From contig JAGAYR010000012.1 in assembly GCA_017940415.1 (NCBI GenBank), forward strand, positions 4,723-68,722: a stretch of DNA of 64,000 nucleotides. Reading direction: 5' to 3'. Position 1 is the stretch's first letter. Every line of letters starts with the position of its first letter. The DNA is from Lachnospiraceae bacterium (GTDB lineage: Bacteria > Bacillota > Clostridia > Lachnospirales > Lachnospiraceae). This document shows positions 38,052-48,564 of this stretch, piece by piece. The position numbers and the translations under genes were made by a program. The notes under the pieces are model-generated. The model was not told the origin of the DNA and ran no database searches. It was given only the letters and a program-made list of their open reading frames with translations.

Positions 38052-40187
38052 ATGGCGGCTAAAAAAGCAAAGCATATGACCGTTAAAGAGATCAAAGAGA
38101 TAGTATCTAAGCTTACTCTTAAAGAGAAGGCTTATCTCACTACCGGAGTAGGAAGCTGGGAGACTGCAGCATTTCCCAAGAAAGGTGTTCCCAAGGAGTG
38201 GATGTGCGACGGCCCTCACGGACTCAGAAAGCAGGTTAATGACGTTCACGCTTCCATCAACGATTCTATCGAGGCTGTAAGCTTTCCCGCAGAGTGTGCT
38301 ATCGCTGCAAGCTGGGACAGAGAGCTTATATATGAAGCAGCCAAGACTCTCGGAAATGAGGCTCAGGCTAACGATGTTCAGATGGTACTCGGCCCCGGCG
38401 TCAACATGAAGAGAAGTCCTCTTTGCGGAAGAAACTTTGAGTATCTGTCGGAGGATCCTTATCTTGCGGGAGAGCTCGGTGCGGCATATGTAAACGGACT
38501 TCAGAGTACCGGCGTATCTGCCTGCGTGAAGCACTTTTTTGCAAACTCACAGGAGACCGACCGCTTCACCTCATCCAGTGAAATGGACGAGACAACGGAG
38601 CGTCAGATCTACCTTCCCGCTTTTGAGACCGTAGTTAAGAAGGCTCATCCTCAGTCAATCATGGCCGCATACAACAAGGTTAACGGCACATACATGACCG
38701 AGAACAAAAAGTATTTAACCGATATCCTCAGAAAAGAATGGGGATTCGACGGAATGGTGGTAAGTGACTGGGGAGCAACCCATAACAGACCCGGTGCCAT
38801 TGAGGCAGGCTGTGACCTTACCATGTGGCAGCAGCATGAGACCGATAAGGACATCATCAAGGCTGTTAAGAGCGGAAAGCTTTCTGAAGAAAAGCTGGAT
38901 GAGGCTTGCGTAAATATCCTTAAGCATGTGTTCAAGACTCTCGAGAAGCATAAGAGTAATGTAAAAGCGGATCTTGAGAAGGATCATGAGGTTGCAAGAA
39001 AGCTCTTCGAAAGTTCCATCGTACTTCTCAAAAATGACGGAAATATTCTTCCTATCAGCAAAAAGAAAAATGTTCTCCTTCTCGGAGACTTTGCAAAGAA
39101 TCCCAGATATCAGGGCGGCGGAAGCTCTCACGTAACCACTAGCAGAGCAACCAGCGTGGTTGAAACAACCAAGGATATGACAAATGTGTCATACAAGAAG
39201 GGCTACGGTCCCGGACCCAAGGCTCCCACCCTTACCGATCCCGAGTTCTGGAAATTCCGTATTTCAGCATCAGATTACAAGCCTGATAAGAAACTTATCG
39301 ACGAAGCAGTTAAGGCTGCAAAGAAGGCTGACGTTTGTGTCATTTTTGCAGGTCTTCCCGAAGCTCTTGAGTCAGAAGGTGCGGACCGTGTCGATATGAG
39401 AATGCCCGATTCTCACAACGCTCTTATCGAAGCAGTCGCTAAGGTTAATAAAAACGTTGTTGTAGTACTTCAGAACGGAGCTCCCGTTGAAATGCCCTGG
39501 ATCGAGGATGTAAAGGGTATTCTTGAGACTTATCTCGGCGGAGAGGCAAGCGGAGAGGCTGTAAGAGATGTTCTTTTCGGAGATGTTAACCCTTCCGGAA
39601 GACTTCCCGAGACCTTCCCCTTCATCGTAGAGGACAACCCTTCATATCTGTTCTATCTGGGATGTGATGATGTGGTTAAGTACAGCGAAGGCGAATTCAT
39701 CGGATACAGATATTACACCACCAAGATGATGCCCGTTCTGTTCCCCTTCGGATTCGGACTTTCCTATACCAAGTTTGATTATTCCGATTTTAAGATCGAT
39801 GCGAAAGGCTTTATCGGAGACGAGAAAGCAGGCGGAATCACAGTATCCGTCAAGGTAACCAATACCGGCAGAAAAGCAGGCCGTGAGGTAGTTCAGCTCT
39901 ATGTCGGAGTTAACAAGTGCGCTCTTAAGAGACCCGTAAGGGAACTTAAGGGATTTGCCAAGACAAAGCTTCTTAAGCCCGGAGAGAGTGAGATCGTAAC
40001 GATCGAGCTTGATTCCAGAGCGTTCGCCCATTGGAATGAAGAGGCCAAGGCTTACGTGCACTACACAGGTGAATATGAGATCCAGATCGCCAAAGATGCA
40101 GAGAATATAGTATTTGCGGCTCCCGTAGATATTGACGGAGCCTATCCCAGAAAGAGAGCAAATAACAATAATCCCGAAATCAACTGA
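38052..40187 (+). CDS. GH3 beta-glucosidase with Fn3-like domain
   Basis: DGPHG, GRNFEY.SEDP, CVKHF, VVSDW, FPFGFGLSYT, EVVQLY; no signal peptide seen. Confidence 0.95.
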   Translation: MAAKKAKHMTVKEIKEIVSKLTLKEKAYLTTGVGSWETAAFPKKGVPKEWMCDGPHGLRKQVNDVHASINDSIEAVSFPAECAIAASWDRELIYEAAKTLGNEAQANDVQMVLGPGVNMKRSPLCGRNFEYLSEDPYLAGELGAAYVNGLQSTGVSACVKHFFANSQETDRFTSSSEMDETTERQIYLPAFETVVKKAHPQSIMAAYNKVNGTYMTENKKYLTDILRKEWGFDGMVVSDWGATHNRPGAIEAGCDLTMWQQHETDKDIIKAVKSGKLSEEKLDEACVNILKHVFKTLEKHKSNVKADLEKDHEVARKLFESSIVLLKNDGNILPISKKKNVLLLGDFAKNPRYQGGGSSHVTTSRATSVVETTKDMTNVSYKKGYGPGPKAPTLTDPEFWKFRISASDYKPDKKLIDEAVKAAKKADVCVIFAGLPEALESEGADRVDMRMPDSHNALIEAVAKVNKNVVVVLQNGAPVEMPWIEDVKGILETYLGGEASGEAVRDVLFGDVNPSGRLPETFPFIVEDNPSYLFYLGCDDVVKYSEGEFIGYRYYTTKMMPVLFPFGFGLSYTKFDYSDFKIDAKGFIGDEKAGGITVSVKVTNTGRKAGREVVQLYVGVNKCALKRPVRELKGFAKTKLLKPGESEIVTIELDSRAFAHWNEEAKAYVHYTGEYEIQIAKDAENIVFAAPVDIDGAYPRKRANNNNPEIN

Positions 40188-42079
40188 TGATGAAGAAAAG
40201 AAAAAGAATGGCGCTGTTTGGAAGCAGTCTTTCAAGCAGGTACAGGAGAATACTGAGCAGAGCTTTTTCTATTGCGGCCGATGAACTGGACATAGATCTG
40301 GTCCTTTTCAATGCGTACGGAAAGCTCCGCAGCATTAATTCCGTGGAACCGGACAATGAATCCGGACTTATCGATTACGTGGATCTCGATCAGTTTGACG
40401 GGGTAGTTTTCGATGGAGAAGGCTATCTTGTAAACGGTTTGACCGACAAGGTAGAGCGGAAGCTTCATGCTGCCAAGTGCCCCGTTGTATCCATCAGCAG
40501 CCATATCGACGGATTCTATAATATAGAATTCGATGATGAGGGTGGTCTCAGACAGATGGTTGAGCACTTCATCGATCATCATCACTTTACAAAAATAGGT
40601 TATTTATCCGGATATCTTCCCCATCCCGATGCCGTCAAGAGACTGAATGAATTCCGTTCGGTTATGAAAGAACACGGCTTGCCCGAAGACGGTGTCGGAA
40701 TGTTTGAAGGTGACTTCTGGTATAACAAGGGAACGGAGGCGGCAAGATATTTCCTCTCTCTCCCCGAACGTCCCGAAGCCATTGTCTGTGCCAACGACTA
40801 TATGGCCATATCTCTTTGTGACGCTCTCAGAAAATTCGGAATAAAAGTTCCTCAGGATATCGCCGTTTCGGGATATGACGGAACTCCCGAGGGTAAAGAT
40901 TTCCTGCCAAATTTATCGTCTGTAACCAGAGAACAGCTTGAGATAGCTCGTAAAGCTCTGCAACTCCTTGTACATCTGTCCGATGGCGGAGATGCAGAGG
41001 GAATGGATCTTACGGTCAGACCAAAACCATACTTCAGCCAGTCCTGCGGATGCGAACCTCTTGAGTATCAGCACGTTTTTGATACCTTTGACCGTGTCCA
41101 GGATGAGATGAGAAAGCTCAATGAGGGCATTTTTGAGTCGGAATCTGCCATGGTCAAGCTTAATAAGGCTGAGAGCGTTCGTTCCATGGAGACTATATTT
41201 GCCGAAGATTCGGTTAATTTCGGTGATTATTCCGCTTTTTTCATGATGGTGCACACCGACTCGGAAGGAAGACCTTCTTACGACAGCGAATTCACCATGC
41301 CTTCCGGAAAATTCATTCCCGTAATGTGGATAGATAAAAAGGGTGAATATACCGGAAGCCCCCGCAAGCTGAACAGTTCTAAGATAATTCCCGATTCTAA
41401 TTCCGACAGACCCCATGTCTACTATGTCATGGCGGTTCATTATGCCGAGAAGATCTTCGGTTATGCCGTTCTGGAACTTACAGGAAGAGACATATTCAAT
41501 GAGTTCTACAATGTATGGCTCCATACCATGGGGCTTTCTCTTGATACCCTCAAAAAGAACGATCATATCGAAAAGCTTATAAAACGGCTTGAAGGACTTA
41601 GTGTTACCGACGAGCTTACCGGACTGTTAAACAGACGAGGATTCGAAGATACGACCGGTGACATTATTGCGGGATTCAAAGAATCTAAGACCGTTTGCAC
41701 CATGGTAATAGATATGGACGGCCTTAAACTCATCAATGACAGATTCGGTCACTACGAAGGAGACAGAGCCATCAGAGCTCTTGCGGACTGCATTAAAAAG
41801 TCCTCCAATTACGGGGAGATTGCAGGAAGAGCCGGCGGAGATGAATTCTTTATATTTGCATCCGACTATTCCGAAGCCCGTGCCAAAAGGTTTGTCGATC
41901 GTATGAATAAACTTGTCTCTGAGTACAATGAGGCGAATAAGCTGGATTATAAACTTGATTTCAGTATCGGAACCTACCTGACGGAAGCGGATTCCTATGG
42001 CAGGATCGAGGAATATCTGAAGATCAGTGATGCAAGAATGTATGAGCAGAAAGTGTCCAAACCGGGCAGAAGAAAGTAG
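40187..42079 (+). CDS. Diguanylate cyclase with N-terminal LacI/PBP-type ligand-binding domain
   Basis: AIVCANDYMA, VPQDIAVSGYD; TDELTGLLNRR, INDRFGH, RAGGDEF. Confidence 0.92.
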   Translation: MMKKRKRMALFGSSLSSRYRRILSRAFSIAADELDIDLVLFNAYGKLRSINSVEPDNESGLIDYVDLDQFDGVVFDGEGYLVNGLTDKVERKLHAAKCPVVSISSHIDGFYNIEFDDEGGLRQMVEHFIDHHHFTKIGYLSGYLPHPDAVKRLNEFRSVMKEHGLPEDGVGMFEGDFWYNKGTEAARYFLSLPERPEAIVCANDYMAISLCDALRKFGIKVPQDIAVSGYDGTPEGKDFLPNLSSVTREQLEIARKALQLLVHLSDGGDAEGMDLTVRPKPYFSQSCGCEPLEYQHVFDTFDRVQDEMRKLNEGIFESESAMVKLNKAESVRSMETIFAEDSVNFGDYSAFFMMVHTDSEGRPSYDSEFTMPSGKFIPVMWIDKKGEYTGSPRKLNSSKIIPDSNSDRPHVYYVMAVHYAEKIFGYAVLELTGRDIFNEFYNVWLHTMGLSLDTLKKNDHIEKLIKRLEGLSVTDELTGLLNRRGFEDTTGDIIAGFKESKTVCTMVIDMDGLKLINDRFGHYEGDRAIRALADCIKKSSNYGEIAGRAGGDEFFIFASDYSEARAKRFVDRMNKLVSEYNEANKLDYKLDFSIGTYLTEADSYGRIEEYLKISDARMYEQKVSKPGRRK

Positions 42080-42115
42080 GTTTTTCAAAAATTTTAAAAA
42101 AAATAAAAATTTTTG

Positions 42116-42144
42116 TTGCATTTTTAAATTGAAGATGGTAATAT
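42116..42144 (+). promoter_or_regulatory. Sigma-A promoter of tRNA-Lys
   Basis: TTGCAT-17 nt-TAATAT, extended TG, A/T tract upstream. Confidence 0.7.
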
Positions 42145-42160
42145 CTCATCGTTGCACTAA

Positions 42161-42233
42161 GGACCGCTAGCTCAGTTGGTAGAGCACCTGACTCTTAATC
42201 AGGGTGTCCAGGGTTCGAGCCCCTGGCGGTCCA
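42161..42233 (+). tRNA. tRNA-Lys (anticodon CTT)
   Basis: GGACCGC acceptor stem, CCTGA-CT-CTT-AA-TCAGG anticodon arm, GTTCGA T-loop. Confidence 0.96.
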
Positions 42234-42237
42234 CGCG

Positions 42238-42282
42238 AGGTCGCAGGCTTGCTTAGAAGCGGGTTTGTGGCCTTTTCTTTTT
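42238..42282 (+). terminator. tRNA terminator
   Basis: aggtcgcaggcttgctt/aagcgggtttgtggcct stem with G-U pairs plus T-rich tail. Confidence 0.7.
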
Positions 42283-42301
42283 ATATTCGAAAAGAGGTAC
42301 T

Positions 42302-43084
42302 ATGGCACCTATATTTGATACACATGTTCATTATGATGACGAGGCTTTCGAAAGCGACAGGGAAAATGTACTTGCTTCCCTCAGGGAGTACGGCGTTTCG
42401 AAGGTGACGGATATCGGAGCGGGGATCGCGAGTTCCAAAACCGCCCTTGAACTGGCTAAGAAAACGCCTTGGATGTACTGCGCACTGGGAGTTATCCCCG
42501 GACAGTGCAGAGAGATAAATGAAGAGACATGGAAGTGGCTCTGTGAAACTGCAGAAAAAGAAGAAAAATGCATAGCAATAGGCGAGATCGGACTTGACCA
42601 TCACTGGGACGACGATCCGTGGGATGTTCAGGCTAAATGGTTTATTGAGCAGATGGATCTGGCACGGAGACTCGGAAAGCCCATGGTCATCCACTCAAGA
42701 GATGCGGCAAAAGATACGATAGATATTATGAAGGAGCATAATGCGGGAGACATAGGCGGGGTAATGCACTGCTATTCGTATTCCGCAGAGTCCGCAAGGG
42801 AATTCCTGAATATGGGTTTCTTTTTCGGGATAGGCGGAGTTGTGACCTTCAAAAACGCCAAAAAACTCACAGAGGCCGTCGAGTACATACCGCTTTCGAA
42901 TATAGTTCTGGAGACGGATTGCCCATATCTGGCACCGACTCCCCACAGAGGAGAGAGGAACTTTTCCGGGTATCTTGCCCTGGTCATTGAAAGGATCGCC
43001 GAGATCAAGAAAATAAGCCCCGAAGAGGTGGCTGAAGCGACCTGGCACAATGCCCACAGACTATACAAAATAAGCGAAACATGA
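42302..43084 (+). CDS. TatD family hydrolase
   Basis: DTHVH, IGEIGLD, IHSRDA, VMHC, ETDCPYL. Confidence 0.95.
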   Translation: MAPIFDTHVHYDDEAFESDRENVLASLREYGVSKVTDIGAGIASSKTALELAKKTPWMYCALGVIPGQCREINEETWKWLCETAEKEEKCIAIGEIGLDHHWDDDPWDVQAKWFIEQMDLARRLGKPMVIHSRDAAKDTIDIMKEHNAGDIGGVMHCYSYSAESAREFLNMGFFFGIGGVVTFKNAKKLTEAVEYIPLSNIVLETDCPYLAPTPHRGERNFSGYLALVIERIAEIKKISPEEVAEATWHNAHRLYKISET

Positions 43085-43152
43085 TAAAATCATTACATAA
43101 ATTAATGTGATTTTTTCTTACGGTACCGGGGGTTCAAACGGGGGTACTGGAT

Positions 43153-43890
43153 ATGAAAATAGAGAGAATAGACGACAAAACAATTAAATGCTATCTGTCG
43201 AAGGACGAGCTTGCATATTATAAAGTCGATTACAGTGACTTTATTTCCAGGAGCGAAAATGCTCAGAGGCTCCTTCGCGAGATTATAGAACAGGCTAAAT
43301 CAGAGGTCGGATATCATCCTCCGAAGATTGCTTTTGAGATGCAGATAATGATGGTTCCCGAGCAGGGAATGGTCCTTACTTTTTCTGAGAAGGATCCCGC
43401 GATCGGCGTAGATGCCGACAAGATCAGCGGATTCATCGATACTTTGAAGCAGCTCCTCGAGCATGTTAAAGAGGAATCCGGCGGAACCACAGGAGCACTC
43501 GGCGCACTTCCCGGACTGGGACAGGGCGGATTATCTCTTCCCGCACCCGCAGCTCCCGCAAAGGCAGGAAATGCACCCGCCAAGACTGATAATCCTGCGG
43601 CAAATGTGAACGATGCTGTATTCATGTTCACTTATCTGTCAGACTTCATCGAGTATGCTCAGGGACTTCCCAAGGGCATCAGAATAAATTCTTCACTGTA
43701 CAAGATGGGCGAGGAATATTTCCTCTATGTCGCAAGAGGCAAGGCTTCTTATGACCGTTTCAGCAGATGCTGTGTTCAGGCTCTTGAGTTCTCGCAGCTC
43801 TACAGTGCCGGCGAAGGTTGCGAAGAGGTGCTCAGGGAACACGGAGAAGTAATGATCTCCGAAAAGGCCGTTAACAGATTCCGTAAGTAG
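43153..43890 (+). CDS. mecA: Adaptor protein MecA
   Basis: MKIERIDDKTIKCYLS N-terminus, SSLYK, EHGEVMI. Confidence 0.85.
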   Translation: MKIERIDDKTIKCYLSKDELAYYKVDYSDFISRSENAQRLLREIIEQAKSEVGYHPPKIAFEMQIMMVPEQGMVLTFSEKDPAIGVDADKISGFIDTLKQLLEHVKEESGGTTGALGALPGLGQGGLSLPAPAAPAKAGNAPAKTDNPAANVNDAVFMFTYLSDFIEYAQGLPKGIRINSSLYKMGEEYFLYVARGKASYDRFSRCCVQALEFSQLYSAGEGCEEVLREHGEVMISEKAVNRFRK

Positions 43891-43903
43891 GCTTAATGAT
43901 CCT

Positions 43904-43943
43904 AAGCGGCTCCCAATTTCTATCGGGGGCCGCTTTATGTTTG
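43904..43943 (+). terminator. Probable terminator
   Basis: aagcggctccc/gggggccgctt stem then T-rich. Confidence 0.65.
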
Positions 43944-43963
43944 TTTAATGAAGGAGGAGAGTA

Positions 43964-45604
43964 ATGTTCGTTTGTCCCAATTGCGGAGCCAATATTATAT
44001 TTGACCCCGGCAAGCAGTTGCTACACTGCGATTATTGCGGATCCGATTTTGCTCCGGATGCAGCGATTCAGAAGGATGACGCCGAAGAGAACACTTATAC
44101 AGAATCTCAGGCAAGCGATAAATCCCAAAAAGGTTATGAAGAATACACCACCACTATTTACACCTGTAAGGAGTGCGGCGGTGAGATCCTTGCAAACGAC
44201 AATACGGTTGCGACTTTCTGCAGCTATTGCGGAGCTTCAACGATCCTTGCAAGCCGCGTAGGCAAAGAGAGAGCTCCCGAATACATCATCCCTTTTAAGG
44301 TCACCAAGGATCAGAGTGCGGAGCTCTATAAGAAGGCTCTCAAGAAGGCACTTTTTGCTCCCCAGTATATGAAGGAAGATACCACCATCGAAAAGCTCCG
44401 TGGTATCTATATGCCTTACTGGATCTATGATTTCAAAGAAAACCGCGCTGCTACCATCCGCGGTCAGAAGGATACCAGAAGAGGCGATTATATCTATCAT
44501 ACTCACTACAACATCAATACCAATGTTCAGGCTGATTATAACGGATTGTCTTCCGACGCATCCTCACAGTTCTCCGATACATTGAGTGAAGCCATAGCTC
44601 CCTTTGATTTCAAAGAGGCGGTTCCTTTTAACACCTCTTATATGAGCGGATTCTATGCGGATGCTGCCGATACCGATTCCAAGCTTTATGAGGATCGGTT
44701 ACGCACCATCGTTACTTCTGAGATCTACAATCAGATTGCCAAAGATCCTGCGGTAAGGTCTATCAGCCTTAAGCCCGATTCTCTTCCCAATCTGACACCC
44801 GAGAGAACCGAAACCAGATTCGGATATTTCCCCGTATGGTTTATGTCCGTGAGACATAAAGACAGGGTAAGTTATGCGGTTGTAAACGGCCAGACCGGTG
44901 AGGTCGCAACCGACGTACCCATTGATTACAAGAAATATATCATATGGTCGCTTGCATGGTCGGTGCCCATATTTATACTTCTCAGCCTTATACCTTTTAT
45001 GAAGCCCATCTACCTTCTGGTTGCTTCGATAATACTTTCCACCATCGGAATGATTACTCTGTGCGTACAGAAGAATGAGATCTACGTCAGGGAAAACAGT
45101 CTTGATGATAAGGGTTTGATATACAGACAGAGTAAGAAGCAGGCCGGATCACCGGGCTCACAGGCCGCACCCCCGCCACAGCCTGTAAAAATAAAGACAC
45201 AGGGCGGAATCAGCGCCGGAAGTGCGATACTTTCCATTGTTGCGGTACTTGTCGGTTTGTCTTTCGGACCTATGGGTGCTCTGGGTATGGTACTTATCTG
45301 CTCTCCCATTATCATCGCTCTTTCCAACAAAAAGGGTCATAAGGTTGTTGAGACCAAACCCAGGGTTAATGGCAAAGCACCCGCCGGCGAGAAATTCATG
45401 CTGTGCCTTAAACCTTTGATAGGTGTGGCAGTTGCAGTCCTGATATGGCTGTTTGCGCCCGTTGCGGATGAGTATTATTACATCGCCTCGGCAGCCTGCA
45501 TAGTTACACTTCTTATGTCTATGTGGGATCTGGTAAGAGGACATAACGAACTGGCTACGAGAAAACTTCCTCAGTTTGACAAAAGAGGAGGTGACGAGTC
45601 ATGA
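43964..45604 (+). CDS. Zinc-ribbon membrane protein (YdjG-like)
   Basis: CPNCG, CDYCG, CKECG, CSYCG; IIPF, YMPYW, VNGQTGEV; C-terminal TMs. Confidence 0.8.
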   Translation: MFVCPNCGANIIFDPGKQLLHCDYCGSDFAPDAAIQKDDAEENTYTESQASDKSQKGYEEYTTTIYTCKECGGEILANDNTVATFCSYCGASTILASRVGKERAPEYIIPFKVTKDQSAELYKKALKKALFAPQYMKEDTTIEKLRGIYMPYWIYDFKENRAATIRGQKDTRRGDYIYHTHYNINTNVQADYNGLSSDASSQFSDTLSEAIAPFDFKEAVPFNTSYMSGFYADAADTDSKLYEDRLRTIVTSEIYNQIAKDPAVRSISLKPDSLPNLTPERTETRFGYFPVWFMSVRHKDRVSYAVVNGQTGEVATDVPIDYKKYIIWSLAWSVPIFILLSLIPFMKPIYLLVASIILSTIGMITLCVQKNEIYVRENSLDDKGLIYRQSKKQAGSPGSQAAPPPQPVKIKTQGGISAGSAILSIVAVLVGLSFGPMGALGMVLICSPIIIALSNKKGHKVVETKPRVNGKAPAGEKFMLCLKPLIGVAVAVLIWLFAPVADEYYYIASAACIVTLLMSMWDLVRGHNELATRKLPQFDKRGGDES

Positions 45605-46425
45605 AGAGAATAATAAGACGTTCATTATCATTACTTTTGTTTGCGGCTGCGGTATTTATGCTGGTAATGCTTCCCGCAAATGTATCGAAGGCATATGATC
45701 CGCTTTATAACCTGGATGATCCCGATGTGGATAAGGTTAATCCCGATACGGGATACAGGCTTGTCATATATGACGGAGCAGACCTGTTATCAAGCAGTGA
45801 GATCAAAGACCTTGCTCAGCAGATGGGTAATATCACCAATTACGGTCATGTAGCGCTTGTCACAACGGACGAGACCAAGTTCAGCAGCACCTCGCGTTAT
45901 GCAGAGGAAATATATGATGAACTGTTCGGATATGACAGCGGAACTGTGTTTGTCATTGACATGGAAAACAGATATCTGTGGATACACTCCGACGGAGCTG
46001 TATTGAAGGTTATCACCAAATCTTATGCCGAAGACATCACGGACAATGCGTACAGGTATGCTTCGGACGGAGATTATTACAAGTGCTGTTCCAAAGTTTT
46101 CAGTCAAATGTCTGCTGTTCTCGGAGGCCAGAAGATCGCCCGTCCCATGAGATACGTCTCAAATGCTCTTCTTGCACTGCTTTTGTCATTTCTTATTAAT
46201 TTCATGATAGTAAGAAATGGATCCAAGATACAGAACACCTCAAGTGCCGAGATGCTTTCGGGAGCAAGCAAATCACTCAGATACACTCCTCCCGCAGTTA
46301 TCAAGACCGGTGAGACCAAGACCTATTCACCTCAGTCTTCGGGAAGCAGCGGCGGCGGAGGCGGTCATCGAAGCGGTGGCGGCGGAGGCGGCCATCACGG
46401 AGGAGGCGGAGGCCACAGATTCTGA
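45601..46425 (+). CDS. TPM domain protein with Gly-rich tail (YdjH-like)
   Basis: DGADLLS, VIDMENR, TM, SGGGGG...GGGGHRF. Confidence 0.85.
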   Translation: MKRIIRRSLSLLLFAAAVFMLVMLPANVSKAYDPLYNLDDPDVDKVNPDTGYRLVIYDGADLLSSSEIKDLAQQMGNITNYGHVALVTTDETKFSSTSRYAEEIYDELFGYDSGTVFVIDMENRYLWIHSDGAVLKVITKSYAEDITDNAYRYASDGDYYKCCSKVFSQMSAVLGGQKIARPMRYVSNALLALLLSFLINFMIVRNGSKIQNTSSAEMLSGASKSLRYTPPAVIKTGETKTYSPQSSGSSGGGGGHRSGGGGGGHHGGGGGHRF

Positions 46426-47075
46426 TGAAATACGAACTTGCGATATTTGATATGGACGGAACCATATTAAACACTTTGGATGATCTTACAGATGCTACGA
46501 ATCATGCGCTGAGAACCTTCGGATATCCGGAGCATTCCATAGAGGAAGTAAGATTTTTTGTGGGAAACGGAATGGCCAAGCTCATTGAAAGGGCTACTCC
46601 GACCGGGATTTCGGCAGATGAGCGTAAAAAGGTCATGGATGAGTTTCTGGAGTATTACAGGGCTCACAGCGCCGACAAAACCGGGCCGTATCCCGGGATT
46701 GCGGATCTTCTTAAAAAGCTCAAGGCAGCAGGCGTAAAGACAGCCGTGGTTTCCAACAAGCCCGATGTTGCGGTCAGAGAACTGGTCAGGACTTATTTCG
46801 ACGGACTCTTTGATGCAGCCGTCGGAGATATGGAAGGTCAGGCTGTAAAACCCGCTCCAGATATGTGCCTTAAGATTTTTGGAGAGCTCGGTATGGGACC
46901 GGAAAAGGCTGTTTATATTGGGGATTCGGATACCGATATTCAGACGGCCAGAAACGCGGGCCTTGATGAAATCCTCGTATCATGGGGATTCAGAGGAAGA
47001 GAGTTTCTTACGGAGCACGGAGCAAAAACTATTTGCGATACTCCCGATGAAGTATATGATGTGATAAAGGGTTGA
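46425..47075 (+). CDS. HAD family phosphatase (phosphoglycolate phosphatase-like)
   Basis: FDMDGT, SNK, KPAP, IGDS..D. Confidence 0.92.
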   Translation: MKYELAIFDMDGTILNTLDDLTDATNHALRTFGYPEHSIEEVRFFVGNGMAKLIERATPTGISADERKKVMDEFLEYYRAHSADKTGPYPGIADLLKKLKAAGVKTAVVSNKPDVAVRELVRTYFDGLFDAAVGDMEGQAVKPAPDMCLKIFGELGMGPEKAVYIGDSDTDIQTARNAGLDEILVSWGFRGREFLTEHGAKTICDTPDEVYDVIKG

Positions 47076-47109
47076 TACCCATCAAGATATTAATGCAGAG
47101 GTAATTAAA

Positions 47110-48543
47110 ATGGCAGATAAGAAAATGGTTGAAGAGATCACTTCGATGGACGAGGATTTTGCCCAGTGGTATACGGACATCGTTCGTAAGGCCGAGCTCA
47201 TCGAATACACATCCGTAAAGGGCTGCATGGCTATCAAGCCCGACGGATATGCAATATGGGAAAACATTCAGGCCGAACTCGACAAGAGATTCAAGGCTAC
47301 CGGCGTACGTAACGTATACATGCCCATGTTCATCCCCGAGTCTCTTCTTGAGAAGGAGAAGGATCACGTTGAAGGATTTGCTCCCGAAGTAGCCTGGGTT
47401 ACTCACGGAGGCCTTGAACCCCTTGCGGAGAGAATGTGCGTCCGTCCCACTTCAGAGACTCTTTTCTGCGATTTCTATAAGAACGACGTTCATTCATACA
47501 GAGACCTTCCCAAGGTTTACAATCAGTGGTGCTCTGTTGTCAGATGGGAAAAAGAAACCAGACCCTTCCTTCGTTCCAGAGAATTCCTTTGGCAGGAAGG
47601 CCATACCGCTCATGCAACCGCTGAAGAGGCTGAGGAGCGTACAGTACAGATGCTTAATGTCTATGCCGATTTCCTCGAGGACTTCCTTGCAATCCCCGTA
47701 ATAAAGGGCCAGAAGACCGAGAAGGAGAAGTTTGCGGGAGCTGAGGCAACCTACACCGTTGAGGCACTCATGCACGACGGAAAGGCTCTCCAGTCCGGAA
47801 CCAGCCACAACTTCGGTAACGGATTTGCCAAGGCATTCGACATTCAGTTTGCCGATAAGGACAATACCTTAAAGTACGTATATCAGACTTCATGGGGTGT
47901 AACCACCAGACTTATCGGTGCCATCATCATGGTACACGGTGATAACGAAGGACTTGTTCTTCCTCCCAAGGTTGCTCCCGTACAGCTCTGCATCATCCCT
48001 ATCCAGCAGAAGAAAGAGGGAGTTCTCGATAAGGCATATGAGCTCAGAGATCTCCTTAAAGATACCGTAAGAGTCAAGGTTGACGATACCGACAAGACTC
48101 CCGGATGGAAGTTCTCTGAGGCAGAGATGAGAGGATATCCTCTCAGACTCGAGATCGGACCCAAGGATATCGAAGCAGGAAAGTGCGTCATCGTCCGCAG
48201 AGATACCAGAGAGAAAATCGAAGTAAGCCTTGCTGATGTTGCTTCCAAGGTTCCCGAGATCCTCGAGACCATGCAGAAGGAAATGCTTGAAAGAGCAAGG
48301 GCTCACAGAGAAGAGCACACTTATGAAGCTCATGATTATGACGAATTCAAGAAAGTATTTATCGAGAAATCCGGATTCGTAAAGGCTATGTGGTGCGGCT
48401 GCAGAGAATGCGAAGATCAGATCAAAGCAGATCTATCCGTTACTTCAAGATGTATCCCCTTTGAGCAGGAGAAGATTTCCGACGTATGCGTATGTTGCGG
48501 AAAGCCTGCCCAGAAGATGGTTTATTGGGGAAGAGCATATTAA
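47110..48543 (+). CDS. proS: Proline--tRNA ligase (archaeal/eukaryotic type, no editing domain)
   Basis: [31 protein letters not shown]-terminal GRAY. Confidence 0.97.
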   Translation: MADKKMVEEITSMDEDFAQWYTDIVRKAELIEYTSVKGCMAIKPDGYAIWENIQAELDKRFKATGVRNVYMPMFIPESLLEKEKDHVEGFAPEVAWVTHGGLEPLAERMCVRPTSETLFCDFYKNDVHSYRDLPKVYNQWCSVVRWEKETRPFLRSREFLWQEGHTAHATAEEAEERTVQMLNVYADFLEDFLAIPVIKGQKTEKEKFAGAEATYTVEALMHDGKALQSGTSHNFGNGFAKAFDIQFADKDNTLKYVYQTSWGVTTRLIGAIIMVHGDNEGLVLPPKVAPVQLCIIPIQQKKEGVLDKAYELRDLLKDTVRVKVDDTDKTPGWKFSEAEMRGYPLRLEIGPKDIEAGKCVIVRRDTREKIEVSLADVASKVPEILETMQKEMLERARAHREEHTYEAHDYDEFKKVFIEKSGFVKAMWCGCRECEDQIKADLSVTSRCIPFEQEKISDVCVCCGKPAQKMVYWGRAY

Positions 48544-48564
48544 TTAGGTCGGATAACTTACAGA

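Noticed and set aside
42204-42407. 67-aa ORF
   Set aside because: It overlaps tRNA-Lys, its terminator and tatD.
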